From Eledone cirrhosa (taxonomy: Eukaryota), in contig OZ024741.1 of assembly GCA_964016885.1 (NCBI GenBank), forward strand, positions 68,510,001-68,574,000: a DNA stretch of 64,000 bases, in the 5' to 3' direction. The notes under the pieces were generated by a model. The model saw nothing but the letters and a program-made list of their open reading frames with translations. It had not been told where the DNA came from and did no database searches. A program made the position numbers and the translations under genes. Numbering within the stretch: the first letter of the stretch is position 1; every line of letters starts with the position of its first letter. Of this stretch, positions 62,097 to 64,000 are shown one piece after another.

Positions 62097-62153
62097 ATGT
62101 TTACGTTTATAATTTGCTTGTATATATATATATAATCCTGGCATATATGACAT
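62097..62153 (-). CDS. Candidate start exon of CHS gene B
   Basis: ATG at 62153 gives MSYMPGLYIYIQANYKRKH|gtaagt in phase 0, matching the next exon; support is splice signal and phase only. Confidence 0.3.
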
Positions 62154-63096
62154 ACCAATCCTAGATTCCAAAAATTAAATTCGTTCAACACTATTACCCT
62201 GATTATTGATGGCCGGGGTCGGCTAGTAATTAAATAGATATTACCATAATTAGTTTTCATTCTGGTTCTTATGACATTTAAAGAAGCATGAATATCACAA
62301 TTTCTATTGCTTTCTGTGGTTATATAATCATCACAATCACTGACCATTCAAGAAACAGGATGCTATCGTTAAATACGTAATTTGGGGAATATGAGAAACA
62401 ATTTTTATTATAAAACTTGATAGTGTGCCAGAAAGAGTTAAAAGCCATATTTTCTTGACAATCAAAGGACGAAGGAAGCATCTGTGATTGGTTTCATGGC
62501 TTCTGGAACTGGTGGGAGGACAGAGGCAGTTTTCCTTAGGCTAGAGATCTAAACCGAATCTTTGCTACAGACTTGCTGCAGCTAAAGATACCCAAAGATC
62601 AGGGAGGGGAGTGAGACCAACAAAACCAACCAAGCGACGGATTAAGCTTATAATCCAAGAACAATAACGATGTCTCCAACAAGTTTCCGCCTAGTTTTTG
62701 CATACAAAATGCTGTGATCAACACTTTCCCGTGTTGCAGCGCAGTAGCATGAAACTAGATTCGGATTAAAGTATATCGTCCAACTTTTATGTAATTACTA
62801 GACCACCCGTGACCCGTTGGGTCACGTTCACTTCAAAATATAAAAAAAAATCATGTTCACTTAAAAATAGTTTTTAAATAATTAAAATATAAACATGTAT
62901 ATAATGTGAAATGAAACTGGAAGGCCCAAATATATATACGTGTGTGTATGTATATATATAAATGTGTGTGTTTGTAAACATATATATATACATATATATA
63001 TATTGTTATACTTTTGGAGGGTCATGTTGCCAATAAAAAACACACGCACCAGTTGTATTCACTTCAATTTATTATAATAAATTTATAAATTTAGGA

Positions 63097-63134
<38 letters not shown>

Positions 63135-63644
63135 ATAGAGGTGTAACACACAAGTTATTATATATTGGTAAACGGAATAGAAAATGCTGACAAATTGTTC
63201 ACAGTTGAAAAATGGTTTAATTAGGGATAAAAGAGTATTAGTGATTGTATGGGTTAGTATTCAGTTGTGGTTTAAAGTTTTTAAGTTTTTACCGGTTGCG
63301 CATTTCTAAATGCTTTTCAAAAATAATTTTGAGATAGAGTGTCCGTGCTGTTTGCTCTGATCTGATTAGTTTTGGGAATTCTACCTGTTTTTATGTTAAA
63401 AAAATGGCTCCAGCGTTATTTTTGTGTTGCAAAAATGCTTGTGGTCAAAACAATTTTGATTGGTCGGTAGAGGTCATGTGAATGTAAAAAGTTGATTTTG
63501 CGCCAAGACTGTTTTTATGTTAAAATGTTAGAAAAGTGGCTCCAGCAAAAATTATGGTCAAAACAATTTTGATTGGTCGGTAGAGGTCATGTGGATAAAA
63601 AATTGGTTTTGCGCCAAGATTGAGAAATGACTCTTTCACAACAA

Positions 63645-63702
<58 letters not shown>

Positions 63703-63771
63703 TAGTAGTAGTAAGGTGTTCGATGCTGCGACAATAGCCACCAGCGATGTGTGTCAAATGGCTATTAAGAT

Positions 63772-63805
<34 letters not shown>

Positions 63806-64000
63806 ACATACACACAGCAGAGTCATTCGAAGGTCAAAAGATATTTTTCAGCTTTTGTCTTATACGGAGAAGTGCGTGTGTGTGTGTGTGTATAAGTCTC
63901 TTTGTATGTTGATGTACGCGTGTGTATGTGTTTGTGTATATATGTGTGTGTGTGTGTGTGCGTGTGTGGGTGGACCAGTATTTTTTTCCCCCTTGGTAAA

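Noticed and set aside
62093-62347. 84-aa minus-strand ORF as the first exon of gene B
   Set aside because: No recognisable CHS similarity. Its best donor is in phase 2 while phase 0 is needed; other phase-0 donors exist, so it is unsupported rather than excluded.

Overview
Eukaryotic, AT-rich animal DNA saturated with microsatellites. It is most likely a cephalopod mollusc such as Octopus, inferred from the repeat landscape and gene type and not provable here. Two paralogous, divergent chitin synthase (GT2) genes lie tail-to-tail. Gene A shows only its last three exons (+, 1711-19254). Gene B is nearly complete (-, 12 hand-spliced exons, 61497 to 31117) and retains KRWSQ, DAD, GEDRW, QRRRW and SWGTR. 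It also carries a ~190-aa insertion in the catalytic domain and one apparent 1-bp frameshift. Introns and intergenic DNA hold a near full-length Tx1/L1-type LINE, several R4/Dong-like non-LTR fragments, two Penelope-like elements, a hATm-like DNA transposon, mariner/hAT remnants and about 20 tRNA-derived SINEs. The most striking non-coding signal is a dense set of fold-back mini-elements in (TA)n tracts, plus many minimal hammerhead ribozyme motifs, some with a U3:A8 compensatory core. Most short ORFs in the track are microsatellite artefacts. All splice models and alignments were done by eye.
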